64,000 nt of DNA from Candidatus Kuenenia stuttgartensis (GTDB lineage: Bacteria; Planctomycetota; Planctomycetia; Pirellulales; UBA1268), in NCBI GenBank assembly GCA_945877135.1, contig CAMCQY010000001.1, forward strand, positions 28,825-92,824. Reading direction: 5' to 3'. Made by a program: the position numbers and the translations under genes. Positions within the stretch are counted from its first letter, which is position 1, and each line of letters starts with the position of its first letter. Under the pieces are notes generated by a model. That model searched no databases. It was not told the origin of the DNA and worked only from the letters and a program-made list of their open reading frames with translations. Below, in pieces: positions 35,475 to 43,790 of this stretch.

Positions 35475-36269
35475 ATGGACACCGACTTCTTCTGGATCTA
35501 CGACATCCCACCGGCCAAGCTGGCACTGCTGTCGATCGCGGTGTTCGTCGGCTTCTACTGGCTCGGGTTGATCTTCATCCGGCCGATCCTCAGACAGTTC
35601 GTCAAGAACACGCCGGCCGCCAACGACATCGTCGGCTACATTCTTTCCTGCTTCTGCGTCTTCTACGGCCTGTTGCTCGGCCTCATCGCCGTCACCGCCT
35701 ACCAGAACGTCTCCGAGGCCGGGTCGAACGTCACCCGCGAGGCCGCCGCCCTCTCGGCGCTCTACGAAGACGTCTCCCGCTATCCGGAACCCCACGGGCA
35801 AAACCTGCGGTGGCTGCTGCGGGACTACACCCGCTACGTCATCAAGTATGCCTGGCCGCTCCAACAGCGGGGCATCATCCCGGAGGAGGGGACGATCCGC
35901 GCCGAGGCGTTCAACGACAGGCTTCTCGACTTTGAGCCCCGCACCCCCGCCCAGGAAATTCTGCACGCCGAGGCCCTGCGTCAGTTCAATCACTTCCTCG
36001 AGTGCAGGCGGATGCGGCTGTTTTCGGTGAAGTCGGCGCTACCGGGGTCGATGTGGTACGTGATGATCCTTGGATCGATTCTCACCATCGTGATGTGCTG
36101 GATGTTCGACATGAAATTCATCGCGCACCTCGCGCTCGGCGGCATCCTCGCCAGCTATCTCGGCACGATGATGTATCTCATCATCGATATGAACCAGCCG
36201 TTCCGGGGCGACGTGAGCATCACGCCGGAGGCCTTCGAGACACTCTACCGGCGCATGAACGAGGATTGA
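35475..36269 (+). CDS. DUF4239-like four-TM membrane protein
   Basis: Two N-terminal TMs, a ~110-aa helical soluble segment, two C-terminal TMs and a tail NQPFRGDVSITPEAFE. This topology and tail match my recollection of DUF4239. ATG 35475 (MDTDFFW) is chosen. Confidence 0.6.
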   Translation: MDTDFFWIYDIPPAKLALLSIAVFVGFYWLGLIFIRPILRQFVKNTPAANDIVGYILSCFCVFYGLLLGLIAVTAYQNVSEAGSNVTREAAALSALYEDVSRYPEPHGQNLRWLLRDYTRYVIKYAWPLQQRGIIPEEGTIRAEAFNDRLLDFEPRTPAQEILHAEALRQFNHFLECRRMRLFSVKSALPGSMWYVMILGSILTIVMCWMFDMKFIAHLALGGILASYLGTMMYLIIDMNQPFRGDVSITPEAFETLYRRMNED

Positions 36270-36271
36270 CG

Positions 36272-37597
36272 ATGATCCCTGAACACCCGATGGCTTCGCG
36301 TCGCGGCGGTGTCTCACGACGGCAGGCTCTGGCCCACGGCACGGCAGCCACACTCGCGGCCGCCCGTGCCCTTGCCCCCTCGCTCTTCGTGGGATGCTCG
36401 CTCGGCATCCGCTCCGGCGGAACAACCGTGCCAGTCGGTCTTCTCCACTCGCAGACCGGCACGATGGCGATCAGCGCGACATCCCTTCGCGACATCGAAC
36501 TGCATGCCATCGAGCAGATCAACGGCTCGGGCGGCCTGTTGGGCTACCAACTCGAAGCAAAGGCGCCAGACCCGCGGTCGCGACCCGACCTGTTCGCCAA
36601 GCGGGCAACGCAGCTGCTCGAGGCTGGCGTCGTCGCCGTGTTCGGCTGTTGGACGAGCGTGAGCCGGAAGGCCGTACTGCCGATATTTGAGCAATACAAG
36701 AAACTGCTGTTGTACTCCGTTCAGTACGAGGGCAACGAGTCTTCGAAGTATTGTGTCTACGGAGGCAGCGTTCCGAATCAGCAGATCATGCCGGCGATCG
36801 ACTGGCTCACGGGCCCGGACGGCGGGTCGAAGAAGAAGATCTTCCTGCTTGGCTCCGACTACGTGTTTCCAAGAACCGCCAACTTCATCACCAAGAGGTA
36901 TCTGGCCTCGAAGGACCTTCGGCCCGCTGGGGAGGTGTATCTACCGCTCGGGCACCGGGATTTCACGGCGGCCGTACAGCAGATCATCTTCTCGGGTGCC
37001 GACTGCGTGCTCAACACGGTCAACGGCGCCAGCAATCTCGGCCTCTTCCAGGCACTGGCCGACGCGAAGATCGATCCGGCAAAATTGCCTGTCGTCTCCA
37101 CGAGCATCGCCGAGGACGAATTGCGGAGCCTCCTGCCGCATCAGGTCCAGGGACACTACGCCGTCTCGTCCTATTTCCAGAGCCTCGATACCGCAGCCAA
37201 TCGTCAATGGATCGACGGATTCCGTAGTGAATTTGGCTCCGACCGCGTCACGGGCGATCCCATGGAGCCCGACTGGTGTCTCGTGCATCTCTGGAAGGCG
37301 GCCGTGGAGAAGGCGGGGACGTTTGAAACGGAGGCGGTGCGGCAGGCCTTCCGCGACGGCCTGTCGTTCGCCGGTCCGGGTGGCACCGTGCGGCTCGACC
37401 CAAAGACGCAGCACTGCACCCGCTATTTCCGCGTGGGACGCATCCGCGCCGACCGGCAGTTTGACATCGTGCACCAGTCGGACGCCCCCATCGATCCCGA
37501 TCCGTATCCGCAGATCGCCTTCCCGGGCTGGAGCTGCGACTGGACGAAAGGGGGCATCACCCGCGGCCCGGAGGTCTCGATCGATGGCGACATTTAA
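36272..37597 (+). CDS. Periplasmic binding protein, AmiC/UrtA-like (type-1 PBP), Tat signal, no cognate permease genes
   Basis: Tat-like SRRQALAHGTAATLAAARAL. Core VPVGLLHSQTGTMAISATSLRDIELHAIEQINGSGGLLG and VFGCWTSVSRKAVLPIFE resemble urea/amide-binding proteins. It starts 2 nt after the upstream stop. Confidence 0.82.
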   Translation: MIPEHPMASRRGGVSRRQALAHGTAATLAAARALAPSLFVGCSLGIRSGGTTVPVGLLHSQTGTMAISATSLRDIELHAIEQINGSGGLLGYQLEAKAPDPRSRPDLFAKRATQLLEAGVVAVFGCWTSVSRKAVLPIFEQYKKLLLYSVQYEGNESSKYCVYGGSVPNQQIMPAIDWLTGPDGGSKKKIFLLGSDYVFPRTANFITKRYLASKDLRPAGEVYLPLGHRDFTAAVQQIIFSGADCVLNTVNGASNLGLFQALADAKIDPAKLPVVSTSIAEDELRSLLPHQVQGHYAVSSYFQSLDTAANRQWIDGFRSEFGSDRVTGDPMEPDWCLVHLWKAAVEKAGTFETEAVRQAFRDGLSFAGPGGTVRLDPKTQHCTRYFRVGRIRADRQFDIVHQSDAPIDPDPYPQIAFPGWSCDWTKGGITRGPEVSIDGDI

Positions 37598-38252
37598 GGT
37601 CGAGAGCTCCGAGGGAATGCGGTGGGTGAGGGTCGATCTCGACGACGACCGCATGCGGGCAGAGCGGGGTGCGCTCAACCACATGCTCGGCGCGATCACG
37701 ATGGATGTGCCGCTGCCCACACTGAAGGCCTGGTGGGTGTCGCTGTTTTCCGACGAGTCGGTGGTGCGTCCTCGCTACAGCGGCAGCGGGACCGTCTATC
37801 TCGATTCCACGCTCGGCGGCTACCACATCATGAAGCTGGCGGCCGGGGAACGCTGGGTGCTCGACACCCGGTGCTTCTGGGCGAGCGACGGCGATGTCAA
37901 GCTCTCGATCCACCGCGAGCCGATGGTCACGGCCTTCTGGGCCGGCGAGGGACTGTTGTGGTACAAGACCGCCCTCAAAGGGGAAGGGCAGGTCGTGCTT
38001 TCGGTCGATGGACCGGTGCACGAAATGGAACTCAACGACGATACGCTCGTCACCGACGGACCCTTCGTGGTCGCGCGGACGCAAGGGATTTCGATGCAGA
38101 TCAAACGGCCTGCCAAGAGCCTCCTCAGCCACTGGCTCTCGGGTCAGAAGCGGGCCTACGTCTACAAGGGCACGGGCAAGCTGATCTTGTGCACGGTGCC
38201 TTACTGGCGGGCGCGGATGCAGCGAGACCGCGCGGGCTGGAATTCCGAATGA
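37584..38252 (+). CDS. AIM24 / TIGR00266-family protein
   Basis: MATFKVESSEGMRWVRVDLDDDRMRAERGALNHMLGAITMDV, followed by repeated beta-rich segments (LLWYKTALKGEGQVVLSVDGPVHEMEL) typical of AIM24/DUF124. It overlaps the SBP gene by 14 nt. Confidence 0.78.
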   Translation: MATFKVESSEGMRWVRVDLDDDRMRAERGALNHMLGAITMDVPLPTLKAWWVSLFSDESVVRPRYSGSGTVYLDSTLGGYHIMKLAAGERWVLDTRCFWASDGDVKLSIHREPMVTAFWAGEGLLWYKTALKGEGQVVLSVDGPVHEMELNDDTLVTDGPFVVARTQGISMQIKRPAKSLLSHWLSGQKRAYVYKGTGKLILCTVPYWRARMQRDRAGWNSE

Positions 38253-39457
38253 GGCCGGCGGCGGCACATCGTGTTCCATCCGTGGCGGTGCTGCGGACGT
38301 TTCTTTTGCTGCTACCGCTCTTGCTCCCCCTCTGGGCCGTGCCGCCGGCAGCGGCCTGCCCGTTCTGCGGCACGGTTGGGCAGTCGCTCGCGCAGCGGCG
38401 CGACGCGGCGGACGCCGTGGCGGTCGCTGAAGCGGAGGGCACAGCGGCGGCGGACGCGAGCGGTTTTCTCGCGCAGCGATTTCGCATCGACCAGGTGCTC
38501 CGCGACACGGCCCACGCCGCCGTCGCCGGCGAGACCGTGCCGGCGCGCGTTGCCGGGCCGATCGCCGGAACGGCCGTGCTCTTTGGCACGGCGATGGCGG
38601 CAGGCCCACAGGCCGCAGGAAAGGGTCACTCCTGGTCGGCGGTCGCCGCCGACGAGACGCTCCTGGGCTATGTGACAGCCGCACCGGCGATCACGCTCCC
38701 GGCGGCCGAGCGGCTGCGGTGGTTCGCCACCCGATTGGAGCACCCCGATCCGGCGATCGCCGCCGATGCGTTCACGGAGTTTGGCCTGTCGCCGTTCACT
38801 GCCGTGCGTGCCGCAGCAAGCGGGCTCGACCCGGTCCGACTCCAAGCCTGGGTGAGCGAGCCGGGCATCGACGCCCGCCGCCGCGGGCTCTACGGACTCT
38901 TACTGGGAGTGGCCGCCGCCACCACGGACGATCCCGCGATGGCACGAGACTGCATCGACGCCCTGCATCGGGCCGTCGAGGCTCCGGCCGACGATTTTCG
39001 TGCAGGATTCGATGGAGTTCTGGCGGGGGTGCTCGTGGCAGAGGGGCAGGCCGGCCTCGATTCTCTCGAGCGCCGCGGCCTGTTTGGCCGGGAAGCGCGG
39101 GCCCTCGATCAGCGGCATCTGCTCGCCGCGCTGCGATTTGCCGCAGAAAGCCTCACCGAGACGATCCCACGGGAACGGATCGTCGTCGCGACGGCAGCCC
39201 TGCTGGCAAGCCCCGCCGTGGCGGCCGATGCCACGGTCGATCTGGCGCGGTATCAGGCCTGGGAAGCGGTGGCCGATGTCTCCCGGCTCTGGGACACGCT
39301 CGGCACCGACGACCCGCTCGTCCGCCGCGCCGTGGCCGGATATCTCGCAGCCTGCCCGCTTCCCGCTGCACGACAGGAACTCGAGCGGATCGGTCGGCAA
39401 AACCCCGGCGTGCTCAAACAGGCCCTCGATGCGGCAGCGTTGCCAGCGGGCCGCTAA
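38249..39457 (+). CDS. Signal-peptide-CPFC / HEAT-like repeat protein, paralogue B
   Basis: MRPAAAHRVPSVAVLRTFLLLLPLLLPLWAVPPAAA then CPFC. Long blocks align with paralogue A. Its ATG overlaps the AIM24 stop (ATGA). Confidence 0.65.
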   Translation: MRPAAAHRVPSVAVLRTFLLLLPLLLPLWAVPPAAACPFCGTVGQSLAQRRDAADAVAVAEAEGTAAADASGFLAQRFRIDQVLRDTAHAAVAGETVPARVAGPIAGTAVLFGTAMAAGPQAAGKGHSWSAVAADETLLGYVTAAPAITLPAAERLRWFATRLEHPDPAIAADAFTEFGLSPFTAVRAAASGLDPVRLQAWVSEPGIDARRRGLYGLLLGVAAATTDDPAMARDCIDALHRAVEAPADDFRAGFDGVLAGVLVAEGQAGLDSLERRGLFGREARALDQRHLLAALRFAAESLTETIPRERIVVATAALLASPAVAADATVDLARYQAWEAVADVSRLWDTLGTDDPLVRRAVAGYLAACPLPAARQELERIGRQNPGVLKQALDAAALPAGR

Positions 39458-39486
39458 GAGCTTTGGCGATGCAACCTCTGACTCCG

Positions 39487-39611
39487 TCCCTCGCTTGCGC
39501 TTCGGGCTTGCATGGGAGGGGTCGGGCTTGCATGGGAGGGGTCGGGCTTGCATGGAGGTGGGCGTCAGCCAAGCCCACTCGTTATCCAAGCCCGCTGCAC
39601 CAGCAAGGGAA
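39487..39611. repeat. Family-A hairpin repeat locus containing a 20-bp x3 tandem
   Basis: Arms are TCCCTCGCTTGCGCTTCGGGCTTGCATG (39487-39514) and ATCCAAGCCCGCTGCACCAGCAAGGGAA (39584-39611). Inside, TCGGGCTTGCATGGGAGGGG occurs at 39502, 39522 and 39542 (the last copy partial). Confidence 0.85.
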
Positions 39612-39612
39612 C

Positions 39613-41772
39613 TCATGCGCCAGCCGCGGCTGGCCGGGGTGACGGCAACATCTCGGGGACGCCCGGACGCGTATCCTGCCCCGGCGTTGTGCCCGGCGCG
39701 GGCGGGGCCTTCTTCTCGTCATAGTCTGCCTTGGTGGCGGGATCGCGGGGCGGCAGCTGCGTCACCGGGGTATCGGCCCCGATCGACTGGAAGTTCTGCG
39801 TGATCGAGCCGCGGCTGAAGACACCCGGGCGGGAGTGACCGTAGTTGAGGTAGAGGCTGGCATCCCGCTGCCGCGCCCGGCGGTGGGCGTCGAAGTAGGC
39901 CTTGCCAGGCCACGGCCCCTCCGCGAGGAAGACGCCGTTGTATTCGAGCAACGAGCCCTTGCGGAAGTGGAGCGACGAGATGGAGCGGTTGTAATCCACG
40001 ACTGCGCGGGCGTAGGAACTCTCCGCCTCGGCCCGCCGCCGCTGAGCGTCGAGGAGTTGGTCGAGCGTCACCGTGCCGGCGTCGTAGGCAGCCTGCACCG
40101 CATCCACTTGCCGCTCGGCGGCGACGCGGCGGTTGAAGTTCGTCTGGGCCAGCGCGAAATTCGTGTCCACGTTTCGCACCGCCTCGACCAGCGCGTGCGA
40201 GGCCTCGAGTTCCTCGTCCTGCAGACGGGCCCGCTCGCGGGCCAGCTGCAGCTGGTAGTTCCTCACCGTGGCGAGTTCGCGGCGGAAGCCGAGCGGCATC
40301 AGGAACTGTCCGCCGGCCTGCCACTCCTGGAACTGGCCGCTCAGGAGGGTCGAGTAGGCGTCGGTGCCGTTGAGCGGGTCATTGCCGTTGGCGTTGTACG
40401 CCGCGTAGTTCTGATTGATGAGTTCCTGACCCATGCCGAGGAACCGCCAGCGGCCCACGAGGTCAAGCCGGGGCAGAACCATGTTCTTGGCCGCGGTCAG
40501 CTCCAACTCCTTCTGTTTGATCACCCACTTCTGCCGGCGGAGTTCAGCCGACCGCGACAGCGCCTCGACCAGCGACTGCTGCCAATCAAACGAGATGCGG
40601 GCGGTGGTCGGCTCGTCGGCGGGCCGAATCAGCCTGCCGTCGCTGGCCGAGATGCCCATCATGAATCGGAGGCGATTCTCACAGCGGTAGACGTCGGTGA
40701 GCGCCTGCTCGACCTCACTGCGGAAGAAGAAATACTGTTCGCGGGCCTGTGCCTCCTTGTCGGCTTCGCCGCCGCGCGATTGCTCGACGTAGAGAGCATG
40801 AACCTTCCGCCAGGCCTCGAGCGAGCTGTCACGGCCCGCCTTGCGGGATTCAAGGTTGCGGTAGGCGAAGTAGAGTTCCCAGTAGGACTGCTCCGTGTCG
40901 CTGACGAGATTGCGGACGCCCGCCTCGAACTCGGCCAGCGAAATGTCGGCGTTGATGCGGGCCAGCAACACGCCGCGGAACAGCGGCCGGCCGTAGATGT
41001 TGTCGAACGGGTCGGGCCCGGCGATCCGATTGTAGGTGACGCCCGCACCCTGCAACAGCGGCTGACTGAGCGTGAAGTCGTAGTTCGTCGTGAACGTCGA
41101 GGGCACGCCATCCTGACGAATCGGCGAGTTGTTGTTGTCGTAGAGCGTGGTGTTGGAAACACCCACGGTGGCACCTGTCGCCGTCCGTTTCTGGATGCCG
41201 GTCGTCCAGTTGCCGGTGTCGCCGAGGAACTGCTGCTGGAACACCGACGTTCCGATGAAACCACCAATGTTCTGCGGACGGTTCTGCCGCTCCCAGGTGA
41301 GCGAACTGGAGAGCTGCGCATCGAACAGCGCAAGCGCGCTCTCCACACCGCGGAAAGGATCGGTCTCGGCAATCGCCGGGTCGTAGATGGTGGGTGTCGC
41401 CGTGGGGGCCGTGAGCAGCGAAACAGCCGGCTCGCCCGTCTGTGGTCGGGGGCCGCCGAAGCTCTGGAAACGTCCGCCCAGGTTGCGGAGTACCTTGCCG
41501 TTTTCGAGTGCCGTGCGGATCGCCTCTTCGAGTGACAGCTCCCAGATCTGGTCGAAGCGGGCATTCGAGAGCATCAGCGGCTCGTTCGTGCCAGCCGACT
41601 CGGCGAGCGGCTCTTCACAGCTGTCAGGATATTCAAGCTTTTGGATGGCGCCGACGTAGTGCGACAGGTCGCCATCCTCGAAAAAGTAGAACGGCTGCTG
41701 GGGCGCACATCCGCTCGCGAGGAGCGAGATGCTCGTCAGGGCTACCCAGAGTTGTCTGGCAGTTCGCGACAC
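39613..41772 (-). CDS. TolC-family outer-membrane efflux protein (lipoprotein-type signal)
   Basis: Lipobox LLASGC. Two long helical/beta repeats carry TolC-type segments (LSLEEAIRTALENG..., LPRLDLVGRW..., NYNRSISSLHFRKGSLLEY). Start is set at GTG 41772, just before the signal peptide. Confidence 0.82.
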   Translation of the reverse strand: MSRTARQLWVALTSISLLASGCAPQQPFYFFEDGDLSHYVGAIQKLEYPDSCEEPLAESAGTNEPLMLSNARFDQIWELSLEEAIRTALENGKVLRNLGGRFQSFGGPRPQTGEPAVSLLTAPTATPTIYDPAIAETDPFRGVESALALFDAQLSSSLTWERQNRPQNIGGFIGTSVFQQQFLGDTGNWTTGIQKRTATGATVGVSNTTLYDNNNSPIRQDGVPSTFTTNYDFTLSQPLLQGAGVTYNRIAGPDPFDNIYGRPLFRGVLLARINADISLAEFEAGVRNLVSDTEQSYWELYFAYRNLESRKAGRDSSLEAWRKVHALYVEQSRGGEADKEAQAREQYFFFRSEVEQALTDVYRCENRLRFMMGISASDGRLIRPADEPTTARISFDWQQSLVEALSRSAELRRQKWVIKQKELELTAAKNMVLPRLDLVGRWRFLGMGQELINQNYAAYNANGNDPLNGTDAYSTLLSGQFQEWQAGGQFLMPLGFRRELATVRNYQLQLARERARLQDEELEASHALVEAVRNVDTNFALAQTNFNRRVAAERQVDAVQAAYDAGTVTLDQLLDAQRRRAEAESSYARAVVDYNRSISSLHFRKGSLLEYNGVFLAEGPWPGKAYFDAHRRARQRDASLYLNYGHSRPGVFSRGSITQNFQSIGADTPVTQLPPRDPATKADYDEKKAPPAPGTTPGQDTRPGVPEMLPSPRPAAAGA

Positions 41773-41844
41773 GGGGGCTTCCGCAAGGCGGTGATGTCGG
41801 ATCAGTCGTTGTTCAAATCGCCGCCGCTGCGCCCAAGGGGTGGA

Positions 41845-41988
41845 GTCACACGTTCTGTGCGACCCTGCCCGGCATGGTGCCCCCCGACTCCATGCCCGCA
41901 ACCAGTACGCCAAGGCGCAGCGACGGCTCTGGAGATATCGGCCAACGAGTCCGCAAACTTGGGAGAACCGTCACATTCTGTGCTACCC
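41845..41988. repeat. Two copies of GTCACA-N(3-5)-TGTGC-ACCC motif upstream of the TolC-like gene
   Basis: GTCACACGTTCTGTGCGACCC (41845-41865) and GTCACATTCTGTGCTACCC (41970-41988). Each contains a CACA...TGTG dyad. Confidence 0.6.
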
Positions 41989-42016
41989 ACACGGCCAGAC
42001 AGCCAGCCAGGGGCTG

Positions 42017-43159
42017 CTAGCGGGGGCTCTGGGAAGGCTGGGACGGCCAGCGTGGTGTCTGGGAGTGCTGCAGGTCCCCATCCGCCATCGAGACGAACCT
42101 GGCAGCGCAGTCCGGTGTGCCCGCGATGACTGCGGCAGCCTTCTCCGGTCCCAAAACGCTGGCGGCCGTGGCCAACGCGTCGGCCGTCGTGCAGTCAGCC
42201 GCCACGACCGTGACCGCCGCCGGTCCCGCCACGCCGAGGCCGGTCCGCGGATCCACGATGTGGCTGTAGCGTCGGCCATCGATCTCCACCGCCTGAAAGG
42301 CATCACCGGAGGTCGTCACCGCCGCATGCGTGAGCAGCAGGTACTCGGTATCGCGTGCAGCAGCGCCTTCACCGGTGGCCGGCAGCGGCGCCACCGCGAT
42401 CCGCCAGCCCGCGGTGCCGGGCGGCGGTGCAGTGACGGCAATGTCGCCTGACGCATCGACCATGGCCGCCGTGATGCCGTGGCGATTCAGCACATCCACG
42501 GCCCGATCGACCGCATAGCCCATGCCAATGCCACCCAGATCGAGCCGCATGGCGGGCCGAGTGAGCACCACTTCCCGGCCGGCGGGCACGAGCCGGAGCG
42601 TGTCCCGCCCAACCGCCTCGCGGGCGGCGGCCAGTTTCCCGGGCAGCGGCAGTCGACCCGAGCGGCGGGCCTGCCGCCAGAGGCTCGTCAGAGGACCAAC
42701 CGTGGGGTCAAACGCGCCGTCCGTGGCGTCGCGAATCTCGACGGCACGCGCGAGCACCCGCCACAGGTCGTCGCTCACCGGCTCGGGAAGAGCGGTCGGC
42801 GCCGCCGCAGACAGCCGGGAGAGCTCGCTCTGGGGATCGTAGTCGGACAGAATCCGCTCGAGCCGCGTCACCTCCGCAAACCCGGCGGCGAGCGCCGCGC
42901 GGCCGACGGCCGCTGTTTCCGCATACAGCGTGATCGTCCATGGCACGCCCATGAGCCGCTGCGTCTGGCTCACCCGCTCGGTGTGGCGTGCGCCGGCCGG
43001 AGCGGACGGGTCGGCGGCAGTGCTGGCTGGCGCAGCTGGCGCGGCTGGCGCAGTTGGCGCGGCTGGCGCAGTTGGCGCGGCTGGCGGTCTGCAACCCGCC
43101 GCCAGAACAACCAGCCAGACCGCCTTGGCAGCCGCTGCGCGATAGAATCTTTTTGTCAT
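42017..43159 (-). CDS. apbE: FAD:protein FMN transferase (ApbE family) lipoprotein
   Basis: Lipobox VVLAAGC. ApbE-type segments are QRLMGVPWTITLYA, FDPTVGPL, DLGGIGMGYAVD and VTTSGD. There is an (AP[AT])n low-complexity N-terminus. Confidence 0.88.
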   Translation of the reverse strand: MTKRFYRAAAAKAVWLVVLAAGCRPPAAPTAPAAPTAPAAPAAPASTAADPSAPAGARHTERVSQTQRLMGVPWTITLYAETAAVGRAALAAGFAEVTRLERILSDYDPQSELSRLSAAAPTALPEPVSDDLWRVLARAVEIRDATDGAFDPTVGPLTSLWRQARRSGRLPLPGKLAAAREAVGRDTLRLVPAGREVVLTRPAMRLDLGGIGMGYAVDRAVDVLNRHGITAAMVDASGDIAVTAPPPGTAGWRIAVAPLPATGEGAAARDTEYLLLTHAAVTTSGDAFQAVEIDGRRYSHIVDPRTGLGVAGPAAVTVVAADCTTADALATAASVLGPEKAAAVIAGTPDCAARFVSMADGDLQHSQTPRWPSQPSQSPR

Positions 43160-43649
43160 GAGCGATCAACCATCCCGTCCGATCGTGGCGATCAGTTTCG
43201 AATGCACGCCCTTGCGGAGCGTGCGACAGGTCTCCATTCCATCAGAAGCCTCGCCCGCTTACCGCAGCCGACTGGAACGAGTGCAGCGAGCGATCAGCCA
43301 GCACGGCACGCGGAACACCTACTATCTCACCAACGGCTTCTGCACGTTTCAGTTTACAAACGATCCCGACCTTGGATGGGTGCGGTTCGCGGTCGAAGGA
43401 ACGGTGCTCACCGATGAGGCCGATACGAAAACGGTCGGCAGCGATCTGACCATCAGGCTCGACAAGGAAACCTGCGACTGGCTCACGCAGCCGGCGGTGC
43501 AGTGGCTGACGCTTTCGGTCAAGCACGCCGTCGAGGTTGAGTTTGACCGTTACATCGCCGCAGGCGACCTGGCCCGCGCCGAGGAACGCCTGGCCCGTGA
43601 GCAGGCCGCCAGCGACGCCAGCGGCGGCTTCCTCGGCATGAACCTGTAG
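43158..43649 (+). CDS. Hypothetical cytoplasmic protein
   Basis: 163-aa ORF with coding-like GC3 and no recognised motif. Its ATG (43158-43160) overlaps the complementary-strand ATG of apbE (43159-43157). Confidence 0.45.
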   Translation: MSDQPSRPIVAISFECTPLRSVRQVSIPSEASPAYRSRLERVQRAISQHGTRNTYYLTNGFCTFQFTNDPDLGWVRFAVEGTVLTDEADTKTVGSDLTIRLDKETCDWLTQPAVQWLTLSVKHAVEVEFDRYIAAGDLARAEERLAREQAASDASGGFLGMNL

Positions 43650-43790
43650 GGCGACGCTGTATTCACGAAAAACACGACTTCCTGTCGTTTTTTCTTGGCA
43701 AACGCAGTTTGCTGGTGCTGCGCATGGCATCCTGCCATGCAAACCAACGCGGGCAGGCTCCGCGCCCGCAGCGCACGCGAGGGAATGCGA

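Noticed and set aside
36002-38248. Long N-terminal extensions offered by the ORF track for three cluster genes (36002-36271, 36687-37583, 37622-38248). They would imply 521-611-aa proteins.
   Set aside because: The extensions overlap the preceding real genes in other frames and are Arg/Pro/Ser-rich nonsense. The recognisable families begin at internal ATGs that give proper Tat or Sec signal peptides or the AIM24 N-terminus.
39613-41772. Calling the TolC-family gene the outer-membrane partner of the 30163-32195 ABC pump (a MacAB-TolC-like tripartite system).
   Set aside because: It is convergently oriented and separated by seven other genes, and no membrane-fusion (MacA-type) adaptor gene is present. 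I note the adjacency but do not assert a functional link.
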